NCBI GenBank assembly: GCA_017513085.1
Contig: JAFWDK010000011.1
Location: 1-58,702 of the forward strand
Direction: 5' to 3'
DNA from: Clostridiales bacterium
GTDB lineage: Bacteria; Bacillota; Clostridia; Saccharofermentanales; Saccharofermentanaceae
DNA: 58,702 nt
Each line of letters begins with the position of its first letter. The first letter of the stretch is position 1. The notes under the pieces were generated by a model. That model did no database searches. It worked only from the letters and a program-made list of their open reading frames with translations, and had not been told where the DNA came from. A program made the position numbers and the translations under genes. Positions 38,303 through 47,877 of this stretch are shown in pieces.

Positions 38303-40161
38303 AGGATCACCTCCTCTTCCTTTTCTACCGCCAGATAGTTCATCGCCTGGCGGATGTACATCTTTGCATATTTTCCCTTCTTATCGATCAGTTCACGGTG
38401 ATCGCCGCGCTCAATGATCGTTCCCTTCTCCAGCATGAAGACTTTGTCGCAGTTCTTGACCGAAGACAGACGGTGCGAAATGAATACCATCGTATGGTCC
38501 CGTCCTTCCTTCATGATGTTCTTGAAAAGCTCATACTCCGCGATCGGGTCAAGTGCCGAGCTCGGCTCGTCGAAGATCTTGACCGGCGATTCTTTTGCAA
38601 AAGTTCTCGCGACGGCGAGTTTCTGATGTTGCCCACCGCTGAAGACGGCACCGTCTTTGTCGAATTCTTTGGTCATGATCGTATCCACGCCTTTTGGCAA
38701 AGACTCAACCTTTTCGAGGATTCCGGCACGGCGGAGCGCACGGTGCACGATCTCCTCTTCATTCTCGTAATGGCGTCCCATCAGGACGTTTTCTTTGATG
38801 CTCATCGCGAAGATCGCAAAGTCCTGGAACGTAGTCGCGAACAGTCTTCTGTACGCACGAAGGTCATACTCCTTAATATTTTTGCCGTTCAGCAGGATCT
38901 CACCGGATGTCGGATCGTAGAATCGAAGTAGCAGTTTGATGATCGTTGTCTTCCCTGCACCATTGTGTCCGACAAGCGCTACGATATCGCCCTTATCGAT
39001 GCGGAAAGAAAGATCCTTGATCGTCTCTTCGTCCTTATACGAGAAGCACACGTTCTTGAACTCCAGACTCTCAAATCCTTCCGGGATCTCACCTTTCTGA
39101 TCCTGCGGGATCTTCTCTTCGTACTCTAAGAAAGTACGAAGGTTATTCATGAAGACACCGTTCTTGATCAAGTCCATGACATTTTCAAAAGCACGGATCA
39201 GGATCCATGTCATCGCCACCATCAAGCTGGTCATGATCGTCAGCTGCGCCAGCGTGATCGTCTTACTGACCAGGTTTCTGTAGATCGCGTAAAAAAGCAC
39301 ACCTTCGAAGATGATCGTGAAGGTGAATGTGATCCTCCAGAAAGAAAGCGAACAGTTAGCAAATGCATACTTCACCGCCGCTTTTACATTCTTCTTGGTC
39401 GCTTCCTGATACTGTTCTTTCAGAAGCGAGAACACATTCGAAAGACGGATCTCTTTTGCGCCGTCCGGCAGGTACATCATGCGGTTGACGTAATTATGCA
39501 CTTTGTTTTGCGGTACTTGCGCCTGATAGCGCTTATACTCATATTTCTGCTTGTAATTACCAAAGATGAAGTTACCGATCAGCGGTGAGATAATGAACAG
39601 CACGGCATAGTGATCGATCTCGAACATGAAGTAGAAGACCGCAGCAAGTGCCGGCACCGATACGATCACGCCCCAGAAACTCTGGACGATCTTGGCAACT
39701 TTTTCTTCCGCACCATCCATAGCCATAGTGTACTTATCGTAGAAATCCGAATCCTCGTAGCACCGGAGTTCCACATTCTTCGCTTTGGCAAAAAGCTTCT
39801 TGTAGATGCCGCCGTAAAGATGGATCGTGCCCAGCGGTAACGTCACATTTTCCGCGTATTTCGTATAGCAACGCAACACCAGGAACACCACACCGGTCAT
39901 GGCGATGAACCACATGATCTCATTAAAGGGCTGATTGGTATCCAGCGCATTGACGATCTTTCTCATGAAGATGCCATCGTAAAACACCCACTCAAAGTAT
40001 CCGAAAAGCATCAGCAGAAAGCCTGCAATGACCAGTCTCTTGTCGATCGATGCAGCAAGCTTCACTGCATACAGATCATTCTTCACTGTCTGCGCAAACG
40101 ACAGTTTTTTCTTTTTCTCTTTATTCTTTTTACTTGGTTCCTCTTTCTTTTCTTTGCTCAT
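38299..40161 (-). CDS. ABC exporter, fused permease/ATPase (subunit 1)
   Basis: Transmembrane domain plus GHNGAGKTT, FSGGQHQK and DEPSSALD motifs. GAGG RBS before ATG 40161; promoter TTTACG-17-TACAAT at 40269-40241. Confidence 0.92.
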   Translation of the reverse strand: MSKEKKEEPSKKNKEKKKKLSFAQTVKNDLYAVKLAASIDKRLVIAGFLLMLFGYFEWVFYDGIFMRKIVNALDTNQPFNEIMWFIAMTGVVFLVLRCYTKYAENVTLPLGTIHLYGGIYKKLFAKAKNVELRCYEDSDFYDKYTMAMDGAEEKVAKIVQSFWGVIVSVPALAAVFYFMFEIDHYAVLFIISPLIGNFIFGNYKQKYEYKRYQAQVPQNKVHNYVNRMMYLPDGAKEIRLSNVFSLLKEQYQEATKKNVKAAVKYAFANCSLSFWRITFTFTIIFEGVLFYAIYRNLVSKTITLAQLTIMTSLMVAMTWILIRAFENVMDLIKNGVFMNNLRTFLEYEEKIPQDQKGEIPEGFESLEFKNVCFSYKDEETIKDLSFRIDKGDIVALVGHNGAGKTTIIKLLLRFYDPTSGEILLNGKNIKEYDLRAYRRLFATTFQDFAIFAMSIKENVLMGRHYENEEEIVHRALRRAGILEKVESLPKGVDTIMTKEFDKDGAVFSGGQHQKLAVARTFAKESPVKIFDEPSSALDPIAEYELFKNIMKEGRDHTMVFISHRLSSVKNCDKVFMLEKGTIIERGDHRELIDKKGKYAKMYIRQAMNYLAVEKEEEVIL

Positions 40162-40420
40162 GTTCCTCACCTTGTCCCTCCTGTCCTTTCCCCTCATTAA
40201 GGACAGATCCCAAGTCGCATATTCCCTCTAAAGTAGACTCATTGTATCAATCCGAAATGCTTTCGTAAACGGATTTATACTATCACTCTATTTGAAATCA
40301 TCGGCAGCGTCGGTATGGGGCGGATCGTCGCCAAAAGAACGGTCGGCTGCCGCTTTTGACCGGTGGTGACAGATAGGATTTGCTCATCGAATCTTATCTC
40401 CATCGCTTGCTATCGAACGC

Positions 40421-40453
40421 AAAAAATAACCGTCGACCTGGATCAGACGGTTA
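40421..40453 (-). terminator. Probable terminator of iscSU
   Basis: TAACCGTC / GACGGTTA stem with U6 on the minus strand. Confidence 0.7.
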
Positions 40454-40487
40454 CTCTTTTCAGGATAACAATATCACTGCTTCAAAA

Positions 40488-40859
40488 TCACTTTTTCTTT
40501 TCGTAATCTTCAAGTGCGGACTTGATGGCTTCCTCTGCAAGAACAGAGCAATGCATCTTATAATCCGGGAGACCGTCGAGGGCCTCGGCCACGGCTTTGT
40601 TCGTCAGTTCTCTTGCTTCGGAGACCGGCTTGCCCTTGATCATCTCGGTAGCCATCGAGCTGGAAGCGATCGCGCTGCCACATCCGAATGTTTCGAACTT
40701 CACATCTGTGATCACGTCATTATCGATCTTCAAGTACATCTTCATGATGTCACCGCACTTCGCGTTACCGACTTCACCCACGCCGTCCGCGTCCTCGATC
40801 ACACCAACATTTCTCGGGTGCAGAAAATGATCCATTACTTTTTCACTATATAAAGCCAT
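40488..40859 (-). CDS. iscU: Fe-S cluster scaffold protein (IscU/NifU N-terminal type)
   Basis: YSEKVMDHF.HPRNVG, CGD, FETFGCGSAIASS and KMHCS motifs; GGAGG RBS. Confidence 0.95.
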   Translation of the reverse strand: MALYSEKVMDHFLHPRNVGVIEDADGVGEVGNAKCGDIMKMYLKIDNDVITDVKFETFGCGSAIASSSMATEMIKGKPVSEARELTNKAVAEALDGLPDYKMHCSVLAEEAIKSALEDYEKKK

Positions 40860-40878
40860 TGTTGTTCCTCCCTTTTTC

Positions 40879-42063
40879 TCACAAGATAAATGCTTTCTTT
40901 CCGGACACAAGATCTCTCCAGATCGGTGAGAATCCGCGCAGATATTCGACTACTTCTTTTACCGACTTTATGATCGTCTCGACATCCTCATCGGTTGTCT
41001 CTTCACTGATGCTCAGTCGCAGCGATCCATGTGCCACATCGTGCACACGACCGATCGCCAGCAGCACATGACTCGGATCGAGTGAACCGGATGTGCAGGC
41101 CGATCCGGACGAAGCCTGGATGCCCTTCTCATCAAGAAGAAGCAGGAGCGACTCGCCCTCGATCCCCTCGAAGCAGAAGTTCACGTTACTCGGAAGTCGA
41201 TGCTCCCGATCTCCATTCAAAGCACTGTGCGGGATCTCGCTGATCTTCTCGATCAGTCGGTCGCGCTTCGCCTGTACGTTCTTCGTATAATTATCGAGAT
41301 TGGCCACCGCTTCCTCCAGCGCCACAGCCATCGCCGCAATTCCCGGAACATTCTCCGTACCGGCACGCTTACCGCGTTCCTGCGCACCACCCTCGATCAG
41401 ATTGACCAGACGGATGCCCTTCTTCGCATACAGGAAACCCACACCCTTCGGTCCATGGAATTTGTGAGAGGAAGCCGAAAGCATATCGATATTGTCTTCC
41501 ACCACATTGATCGGCAGATGCCCGATCGCTTGCACCGCATCCGTATGAAAAAGCACTTGCTTCTTGCGGCAGATCGCGCCGATCTCGCGGATGGGCTGGA
41601 TCGTTCCGATCTCGTTATTCGCGAACATGATCGTTACCAGTGCGGTATCTTCGCGGATCGCCTGCTCCACTTCTTCCGGTCGGACCAGTCCATCTTCATG
41701 CACATCGAGAAGTGTGATCTCAAATCCTTCCTTTTCAAGTTTTTTCAAAGTATGAAGCACGGCGTGATGTTCAAAAGCGGAAGAAATAATATGTTTCTTT
41801 CCTTTGGCCTCACCGATCTTCGCCGCCGTAATGATCGCCTGATTATCCGCTTCACTTCCGCCGGAAGTAAACGTGATCTCTCGAGGTTCCGCGCCGATGA
41901 TGCCCGCAACTTTCTCGCGTGCTTCCTCAAGCACTTCCTTCGCACTCTGTCCCAGACGATAAAGACTGGAAGGATTTCCGTATTGTTCTCTCATCAGCGA
42001 TACCATCTTATCGATCGCCGCTGTACTCATTTTTGTCGTTGCCGCATTGTCTGCATATATCAC
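40879..42063 (-). CDS. iscS: Cysteine desulfurase (IscS/NifS type)
   Basis: [18 protein letters not shown] and SSGSACTS (catalytic Cys) motifs; GTG start. Confidence 0.95.
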   Translation of the reverse strand: MIYADNAATTKMSTAAIDKMVSLMREQYGNPSSLYRLGQSAKEVLEEAREKVAGIIGAEPREITFTSGGSEADNQAIITAAKIGEAKGKKHIISSAFEHHAVLHTLKKLEKEGFEITLLDVHEDGLVRPEEVEQAIREDTALVTIMFANNEIGTIQPIREIGAICRKKQVLFHTDAVQAIGHLPINVVEDNIDMLSASSHKFHGPKGVGFLYAKKGIRLVNLIEGGAQERGKRAGTENVPGIAAMAVALEEAVANLDNYTKNVQAKRDRLIEKISEIPHSALNGDREHRLPSNVNFCFEGIEGESLLLLLDEKGIQASSGSACTSGSLDPSHVLLAIGRVHDVAHGSLRLSISEETTDEDVETIIKSVKEVVEYLRGFSPIWRDLVSGKKAFIL

Positions 42064-42133
42064 GATCCTAATCTCCCTTGCTATCTCATTTTTTCTTCCG
42101 AAAAACCATTTCGATCATCGGATGTTGATACAT

Positions 42134-42166
42134 ATCTTATCGCCATTCGCCTACCATGTCAATAGG
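42134..42166 (-). promoter_or_regulatory. iscSU promoter with overlapping CCTA-N9-TAGG inverted repeat (probable Rrf2 operator)
   Basis: TTGACA (42162-42157), 17 bp, TAAGAT (42139-42134). The inverted repeat at 42150-42166 straddles the -35. Confidence 0.65.
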
Positions 42167-42381
42167 TTTTTGAAAACAATTTGACAACCCGTCAAACGCC
42201 TTAATATCAGATATTTCAGAAAATCATCCGGAAATCGTCTTTCAAAAAACAAAGCCTCTTGATTTACCCATTCACCTTGCGGTATACTAGGCAAATAACG
42301 AACAAGTGCTTTTGCATGATCCATATCAACCGAAAACGGGGATCATGCTATCGGAAGTTATTAGAAGGGAGAGTACTTCTT

Positions 42382-42777
42382 ATGGTATCTACAAAAGGAC
42401 GTTATGCGATCCGTGTCATGATCGACCTGGCTGAGCATCAGGACGGTAATTTTATTCCGCTGAAGGATATCGCCGAGCGCCAGGACATTTCAAAAAAGTA
42501 TCTGGAGATCATCGTCAAAGACATGGTAGCCGGCGGTCTCGTGGTAGGCGCCAGCGGAAAGGGCGGCGGTTACAAACTCTGCAGAAAACCCGAGAAGTAT
42601 AACATCGGCGAGATCCTCGAACTCATGGAAGGAAAACTCGCCCCTGTAGCCTGTCTGTCCGAAAAGAAAAACACCTGTCCCAGAAAATCCGTCTGCCATA
42701 CATTACCGATGTGGACAGAATACGACAAGATGGTCCACGACTTTTTCTATTCAAAAAAACTCAGCGACCTGCTCTGA
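42382..42777 (+). CDS. Rrf2-family regulator (IscR/CymR-like, three-Cys type)
   Basis: STKGRYAIR.M.DLA, IAERQDISKKYLE and GKGGGYKL motifs; CLSEKKNTCPRKSVC; divergent from iscSU. Confidence 0.92.
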   Translation: MVSTKGRYAIRVMIDLAEHQDGNFIPLKDIAERQDISKKYLEIIVKDMVAGGLVVGASGKGGGYKLCRKPEKYNIGEILELMEGKLAPVACLSEKKNTCPRKSVCHTLPMWTEYDKMVHDFFYSKKLSDLL

Positions 42778-42876
42778 CCGGGGATCTATCCTCTATAGAT
42801 GAATTCCACGCTTGAGCAAAAGCGCCGGTACCTTTGCTTTTACACCATCTTCTCTACTTCTCGCTATCGTAGCAAG

Positions 42877-42911
42877 AAAAACGCCCGTAGCCTTTAAGGC
42901 CACGGGCGTTT
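42877..42911 (-). terminator. Intrinsic terminator of the candidate sRNA
   Basis: AAACGCCCGUGGCCU-UAA-AGGCUACGGGCGUUUUUCUU. One position is a G-U pair on the minus strand but an A-C mismatch on the plus strand. Confidence 0.85.
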
Positions 42912-43097
42912 CGGGATACCTAGCATCAGCAGGCAGGAAAGTGGTAGCAATAAAGCTGCCTGCCATTTCAAGAAGTCGTGCTTTTCATGTGAAGTACATT
43001 ATATATTAGGGGAGTTGATCTGAACTGCAGAAACTACGCACGACCCCTCTATAGGTATAATATCAAGGAACACAAACTAGTTAGCATATGCTAACTG
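42877..43097 (-). ncRNA. Candidate small regulatory RNA (~220 nt) under the AGTTAGCATATGCTAACT operator
   Basis: Own promoter and terminator, internal stems and no ORF with a usable RBS. See the first finding. Confidence 0.65.
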
Positions 43098-43132
43098 TCA
43101 ACGATTATAGCAGACACTTTTTTCCACGTCAA
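43079..43132 (-). promoter_or_regulatory. sigmaA promoter with a perfect 18-bp operator at +1
   Basis: TTGACG (43132-43127), 17 bp, TGc-TATAAT (43109-43104). Palindrome AGTTAGCATATGCTAACT at 43079-43096. Confidence 0.88.
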
Positions 43133-43200
43133 CATTATTTTTCATACTTTTTTTCAAAAAGGTATAGACATTCTCCACGAATGGTGTATTATATGAATTG

Positions 43201-43230
43201 TAAACACATGAACGGTTGTTCATACGTTTA
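43201..43230 (+). promoter_or_regulatory. ArsR/SmtB (CadC/CzrA-type) operator upstream of the HMA-P1B ATPase operon
   Basis: TAAAC-AC-ATGAAC-GGTT-GTTCAT-AC-GTTTA inverted repeat, just downstream of TAGACA-16-TATTAT (43165-43192). Confidence 0.75.
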
Positions 43231-43320
43231 TATGACAAAGAAACATTGAAAAACCATACGGATACTGAGAGAATCTTTTACGGATCATTCACCAAGTCCG
43301 AACCGAAAAAGGAGTTAATT

Positions 43321-43539
43321 ATGAAAAAGTCTTTTAAACTTGAAGAACTGGATTGCGCAAACTGCGCGGCTAAGATGGAAGCAGCAATTGCTAAACTTCC
43401 GGGAGTTAAGAAGGTTGCGATCAACTTCATGGCCCAGAAAATGATCCTTGAGGCAGAAGATGACCAGTTCGATGAAGTTCTGGCCTTGGCGCAGAAGAAA
43501 ATGAAGGAAGTTGAGCCGGACTGCGAGATCGTGATGTGA
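43321..43539 (+). CDS. Stand-alone heavy-metal-associated (HMA) domain protein
   Basis: LDCANCAAKME motif; AAGGAG RBS before ATG 43321. Confidence 0.9.
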   Translation: MKKSFKLEELDCANCAAKMEAAIAKLPGVKKVAINFMAQKMILEAEDDQFDEVLALAQKKMKEVEPDCEIVM

Positions 43540-43671
43540 ACCTCGGGTGACCAGTCTTTTCTGATTTCATCTTTTCCTATTCAATAATAGTATTTACACT
43601 GAAAGTATCCACACAAGGATCCTCAATCCGGATCCGGTAGTACTTTACGGCCCAAAGGGAGTGTTTCCTAT

Positions 43672-45670
43672 ATGACGAAAAAACAGAAAAAAAGATTAAA
43701 AAGAATTCTCCTGGCGGCGGCGATCCTGGGTATTCTCCTTCTGCTCACCGAGGTATCGGCGATCAGCGAACATATCCCGTTTCCGGAAAATGCAATCGCC
43801 AACCGTATCCTTATGACACTTCTTTTCCTTATCCCCTATCTGATCGTAGGATACGACGTCGTACTCGGTGCTGTTAAGAAGATCGGTAAAGGCCAGATCT
43901 TCGACGAAGAATTTCTCATGCTCATCGCCACGGCAGGCGCTTTTGCCATCGGAGAATATCCGGAAGCCACAGCCGTCATGCTCTTCTATCAGGTAGGAGA
44001 GCTTTTCCAGAGCATCGCGGTAGGACGCAGCAGAAAATCGATCTCGGATCTGATGGACATCTGCCCGGACAGCGCCATCGTGCTCCGCGCTGCAGAGGGA
44101 GAAGGCAGCGATACCGGCGCTTTGGCGGAAATCGAAGTGGACCCGAGCGAGGTGGAGATCGGCGAGACCGTGCTGGTCAAACCTGGTGAAAAGGTCCCGA
44201 TCGATGGCATTATTCTGGAAGGAAACACTTCGCTTAACACTTCCGCCCTCACCGGGGAAAGCGTCCCGGTAGACCGGAAAGTCGGAGACAAATGCTTTTC
44301 GGGAAGCATCAATCTGACACAGGCGATCAAGATCCGCACCACTTCTGCGTACGAAGACAGCACAGTGGCCAAGATCCTGGAACTGGTGGAAAACAGTACG
44401 GATAAAAAAGCACGTTCCGAGAATTTTATCACTCGCTTCTCGCGTTTCTACACACCGGCCGTTGTACTTTGCGCGATCCTGATCACTCTGATCTGCGCAT
44501 TCTTCACCAACCTTGGCCTCTCCCGGAGCCTGTACCGTGGTCTGATCTTTCTCGTCGTCTCCTGCCCGTGCGCCCTCGTGGTTTCCGTACCGCTGAGCTT
44601 TTTCGGTGGAATCGGTGCCGCCTCGCGTCAAGGCATTCTCGTCAAAGGCAGCAACTATCTCGAAGCGCTCGCTACCGTCGACACGATTGTGCTCGATAAG
44701 ACCGGCGACCCTGACCGAAGGGCGTTTCGCAGTAGAAGCCGTACATCCGAACGAAATCGATCCCGATGAGCTGATCGATATCGCCGCCCTTGCGGAAAGC
44801 CGTTCGAATCATCCGGTGGCCGAGTCCATCGTAAAAGCACACGGCACACACATCGACTCCAGCCGGCTTGGTGAGGTAGAGGAAATTGCAGGCAAAGGCA
44901 TCCGTGCGATCATCGACGGAAACACCTATTACGTAGGAAATGGTGCTCTCATGACCGAAATCGGAGCTGATTCCCACGAGTGTCACCTCCCCGGAACCAT
45001 CGTTCATGTCGCACGCGTAAAAGACTTGAATATCAAGCTTTGTAACAGTGTTACGGACAGTAACGGAAAAGAGATTCCGGTCTTCGATCCGAAATCCACC
45101 GAGTATTTAGGCCACATCGTCATCAACGATGTCATTAAAGAGGGTTCCAAAAATGCACTGGCGGATCTTCGCCGGGCGGGCGTCAAAAATGTGGTCATGC
45201 TCACCGGGGATAATGAAAAGGTTGCAAAAAAAGTCTCTACAGATGTTGGTGTGGACAAATTCTTTGCCGGCCTTCTCCCCGCTCAGAAAGTTGAGAAGCT
45301 CGAAGACCTCCTCGCCAAAAGAACCGGCAACGTTGCTTTTGTCGGTGACGGCATCAATGATGCTCCGGTACTGACCCGTGCAGATATCGGTATCGCCATG
45401 GGCGCGCTGGGTTCCGATGCAGCGATCGAGGCTGCGGATGTGGTTCTTATGAACGATGATCTCAGAAAGATCCCCGTTGCGGTTAAGATCGCCCGAAAGA
45501 CTCTTCGCATCGTCAAAGAGAACATCACTTTCTCCTTGGCCGTCAAGATCGGCATCATGGTGCTTGGCGCACTCGGTATCGCAGACATGAAGCTGGCCGT
45601 CTTCGGAGACGTCGGCGTCCTGATCCTCGCAATCCTAAATGCACTTCGCGTCCATCGGACCCGTGCCTAA
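43672..45670 (+). pseudogene. Zn/Cd-type P1B ATPase (CadA/ZntA-like), split by a +1 frameshift in the DKTGT motif
   Basis: Frame 1 has LTGES, SCPC and DKTG. Frame 2 continues TLTEG, SNHP, MLTGD and GDGINDAP. There is an extra base at ~44707 (GAT AAG ACC GGC g ACC CTG ACC). This may be a sequencing error. Confidence 0.85.
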
Positions 45671-45696
45671 GCCAAACAAATACCTGACCTGAACGA

Positions 45697-45745
45697 TTAC
45701 GTGTGGAATCCACATTTTGTGCGAATCCGCACGTAATTTGTTTTC
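45697..45745 (+). terminator. Probable terminator after the P1B ATPase
   Basis: TTACGTGTGGA / TCCGCACGTAA stem followed by TTTGTTTT. Confidence 0.65.
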
Positions 45746-45881
45746 ACGGAACCGGCGACTACGGGTGAAACTAAAGAAATGCCGAATTCACCACTAATTC
45801 CGCCAGTCAGTTTCCCCTAACCGCCGAAAATCACATTTGAAAAGTCTCTTTCAGGAATCCATTTCCAACTACCGGTTTTTC

Positions 45882-46652
45882 TCAAACCTTCCGAAGATCC
45901 AGGATGTTGTCCCCGACATCGATATCGTGGCGGGCAAGGAATTTCTTCAAGCCTCTCACCTTTTCCGGCTGAAGGATCAGCTTCGGCGTATGGGCATCGC
46001 AGCCGATCACAAAACGCGCACCTCTTGAAGCAGCCATTCTGAAGAACCGGTCGCAAGGATAATTCCGCCCGTCCGTAAATCCGTAGATATTGATCTCCAA
46101 CGGAATGTCTAATTCCACGGAAGCATCCACGAGACGTTCCATATGTTCCTCATACACATCGTCCCTACCGGTAAAATTGATCAGATCCGGGTGCGCCAGA
46201 TAGGTAAAAAGTCCGGTCTGCATACCCTCGATGGTCGTATCCACATATGCCTTCAGACGATCCTCGTTTGACGTCGGCGCACCGGTATAAAAACCATAGA
46301 CCTCGTCCGGAACATAGTGCTGACCTTGAATGATATAGTCCAAAGGAAACTTCCGTAGTTCAGCAAGAAGCGGTTCAAAGTATTTTTCCGAATACTCCAC
46401 CTCATATCCGATCAATATTTTGATCTTCGATTTATACTCTTCCCGAAGCTTCAAAAGCGTCGAAGTATAGTCATCAAGTTCCGACATTCTCATGCGGATC
46501 CCGGAATGGAAATCCTCCGGATACGGCTGCGGGCAATGGTCCGAGAAGCCCAGGATCTGAAAACCCTGCTTGATCGCCGCCTCAATATACTCGCGCTCGG
46601 TCCCGACCGCGTGATGGCATCTTGTTGTATGCGTATGGTAATTCGCCAGCAT
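45882..46652 (-). CDS. PHP-domain phosphatase (histidinol-phosphatase HisJ-like family)
   Basis: NYHTHT.RC.HA, GFSDH, LAHPD and GCDAH motifs. Confidence 0.88.
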   Translation of the reverse strand: MLANYHTHTTRCHHAVGTEREYIEAAIKQGFQILGFSDHCPQPYPEDFHSGIRMRMSELDDYTSTLLKLREEYKSKIKILIGYEVEYSEKYFEPLLAELRKFPLDYIIQGQHYVPDEVYGFYTGAPTSNEDRLKAYVDTTIEGMQTGLFTYLAHPDLINFTGRDDVYEEHMERLVDASVELDIPLEINIYGFTDGRNYPCDRFFRMAASRGARFVIGCDAHTPKLILQPEKVRGLKKFLARHDIDVGDNILDLRKV

Positions 46653-46715
46653 AGATATATCCTTTCATGAGAACTCCCCGTTCACGCCCCATATCTTACC
46701 ACACTTTACATGTTG

Positions 46716-46771
46716 TTGACAGGAAAATCGATCAGTCTTATAATGAATCTCGATGATATCAATTTGATATC
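46716..46771 (+). promoter_or_regulatory. Consensus sigmaA promoter with a downstream GATATC-repeat operator
   Basis: TTGACA (46716-46721), 17 bp, TATAAT (46739-46744). Palindrome GATATCAA-T-TTGATATC at 46755-46771. Confidence 0.8.
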
Positions 46772-46839
46772 GTATCGACTCACTAATCAAGAAGCACTTC
46801 TTTGGTGCTTCAGCATGACACACGAAAGAGGTGGAGAAA

Positions 46840-47877
46840 ATGAATCAGAACAAAATTATCGAAGAGAAGATCCTGCGCGGACGCAAGATCGGAGGATTGG
46901 TCGTATTCCTCTACATCCTGCTCTTTATCGGCTCGATCGCCGGCATAATTTACTGCGTGGCCAATTCAGTAGACGACAATCCGGAACCGCTGGCGCTGTT
47001 TATCGCCTGTATTGCTTTTATCTTCTTTGGGTGGATCCCGCTCTGCGGACTCAAAGTATTAAAGCCGAATGAAGCATTAGTGCTTACACTTTTCGGTAAG
47101 TACATCGGAACCTTGAAGGGCGATGGATTCTTCTTTGTAAACCCGTTCTGCTCTGCTTTCAACCCGGCAGCCAGCACACATCTTGGACAGAGCGGTGATG
47201 TCAGCACGAAGCGCATCATCTCAACCGCCGGCGGACAGACAGCAACCAATATAGAAATTGCTTCCAAGAAGATCTCACTTAAGGTCATGACTCTTTCCAA
47301 CAGTAAGCAGAAAGTCAACGACGTACTTGGTAATCCGGTCGAGGTTGCTGTAGCGGTAATGTGGAAGGTATCGAATACTGCGAAAGCTGTTTTTAACGTT
47401 GACAACTTTAAGGAATACCTTTCCCTTCAGTGCGACACGGCAGTACGAAATGTCGTAAAAGTATATCCGTATGACGTAACCGATAATGTTGACACCACCG
47501 GTGACGGTGAAGCCGATGACGGTTCCCTCCGTGGCTCCACAGAAGTAGTCGCAAGACGTATTAAGGAAGAGATCCAGAGCAAAGTTGAAGAAGCCGGTCT
47601 GGAGATCGTAGATGCAAGAATCACCTACCTCGCGTATGCACCGGAAATCGCCGCTGCGATGCTCCAGCGTCAACAGGCAGCAGCGATCGTAGATGCAAGA
47701 AAGCTGATCGTCGATGGTGCAGTCGGCATGGTAGAAATGGCGCTCGAAAGATTGTCCGAGAAGAAAACAGTCGAACTGGATGAGGAAAGGAAGGCGGCAA
47801 TGGTTTCCAATCTCCTGGTCGTACTGTGCGGCAATAAGGAAGCCCAGCCGATCGTAAACTCCGGGAGCTTGTATTGA
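46840..47877 (+). CDS. SPFH/band-7 domain membrane protein
   Basis: Two N-terminal transmembrane helices; PNEALVLTLFGKY.GT and LAYAPEIAAAMLQRQQA motifs. Start is ATG 46840 or GTG 46831. Confidence 0.9.
   Translation: MNQNKIIEEKILRGRKIGGLVVFLYILLFIGSIAGIIYCVANSVDDNPEPLALFIACIAFIFFGWIPLCGLKVLKPNEALVLTLFGKYIGTLKGDGFFFVNPFCSAFNPAASTHLGQSGDVSTKRIISTAGGQTATNIEIASKKISLKVMTLSNSKQKVNDVLGNPVEVAVAVMWKVSNTAKAVFNVDNFKEYLSLQCDTAVRNVVKVYPYDVTDNVDTTGDGEADDGSLRGSTEVVARRIKEEIQSKVEEAGLEIVDARITYLAYAPEIAAAMLQRQQAAAIVDARKLIVDGAVGMVEMALERLSEKKTVELDEERKAAMVSNLLVVLCGNKEAQPIVNSGSLY

Noticed and set aside
40280-40410. GC-rich hairpins and short ORFs between iscU and the ABC operon
   Set aside because: No promoter/terminator pair, no convincing coding signal and no RNA family features were recognised.
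42812-43009. 65-aa plus-strand ORF and a ~55-aa minus-strand ORF (MAGSFIATT...) over the candidate sRNA
   Set aside because: Neither has an RBS, both read through the terminator hairpin, and neither has recognisable motifs.
45750-45830. GACUGGCGGAA..AGUGG on the minus strand resembles a ZTP riboswitch 5' half
   Set aside because: The P2 partner and pseudoknot strand are missing, and there is no downstream gene on that strand.
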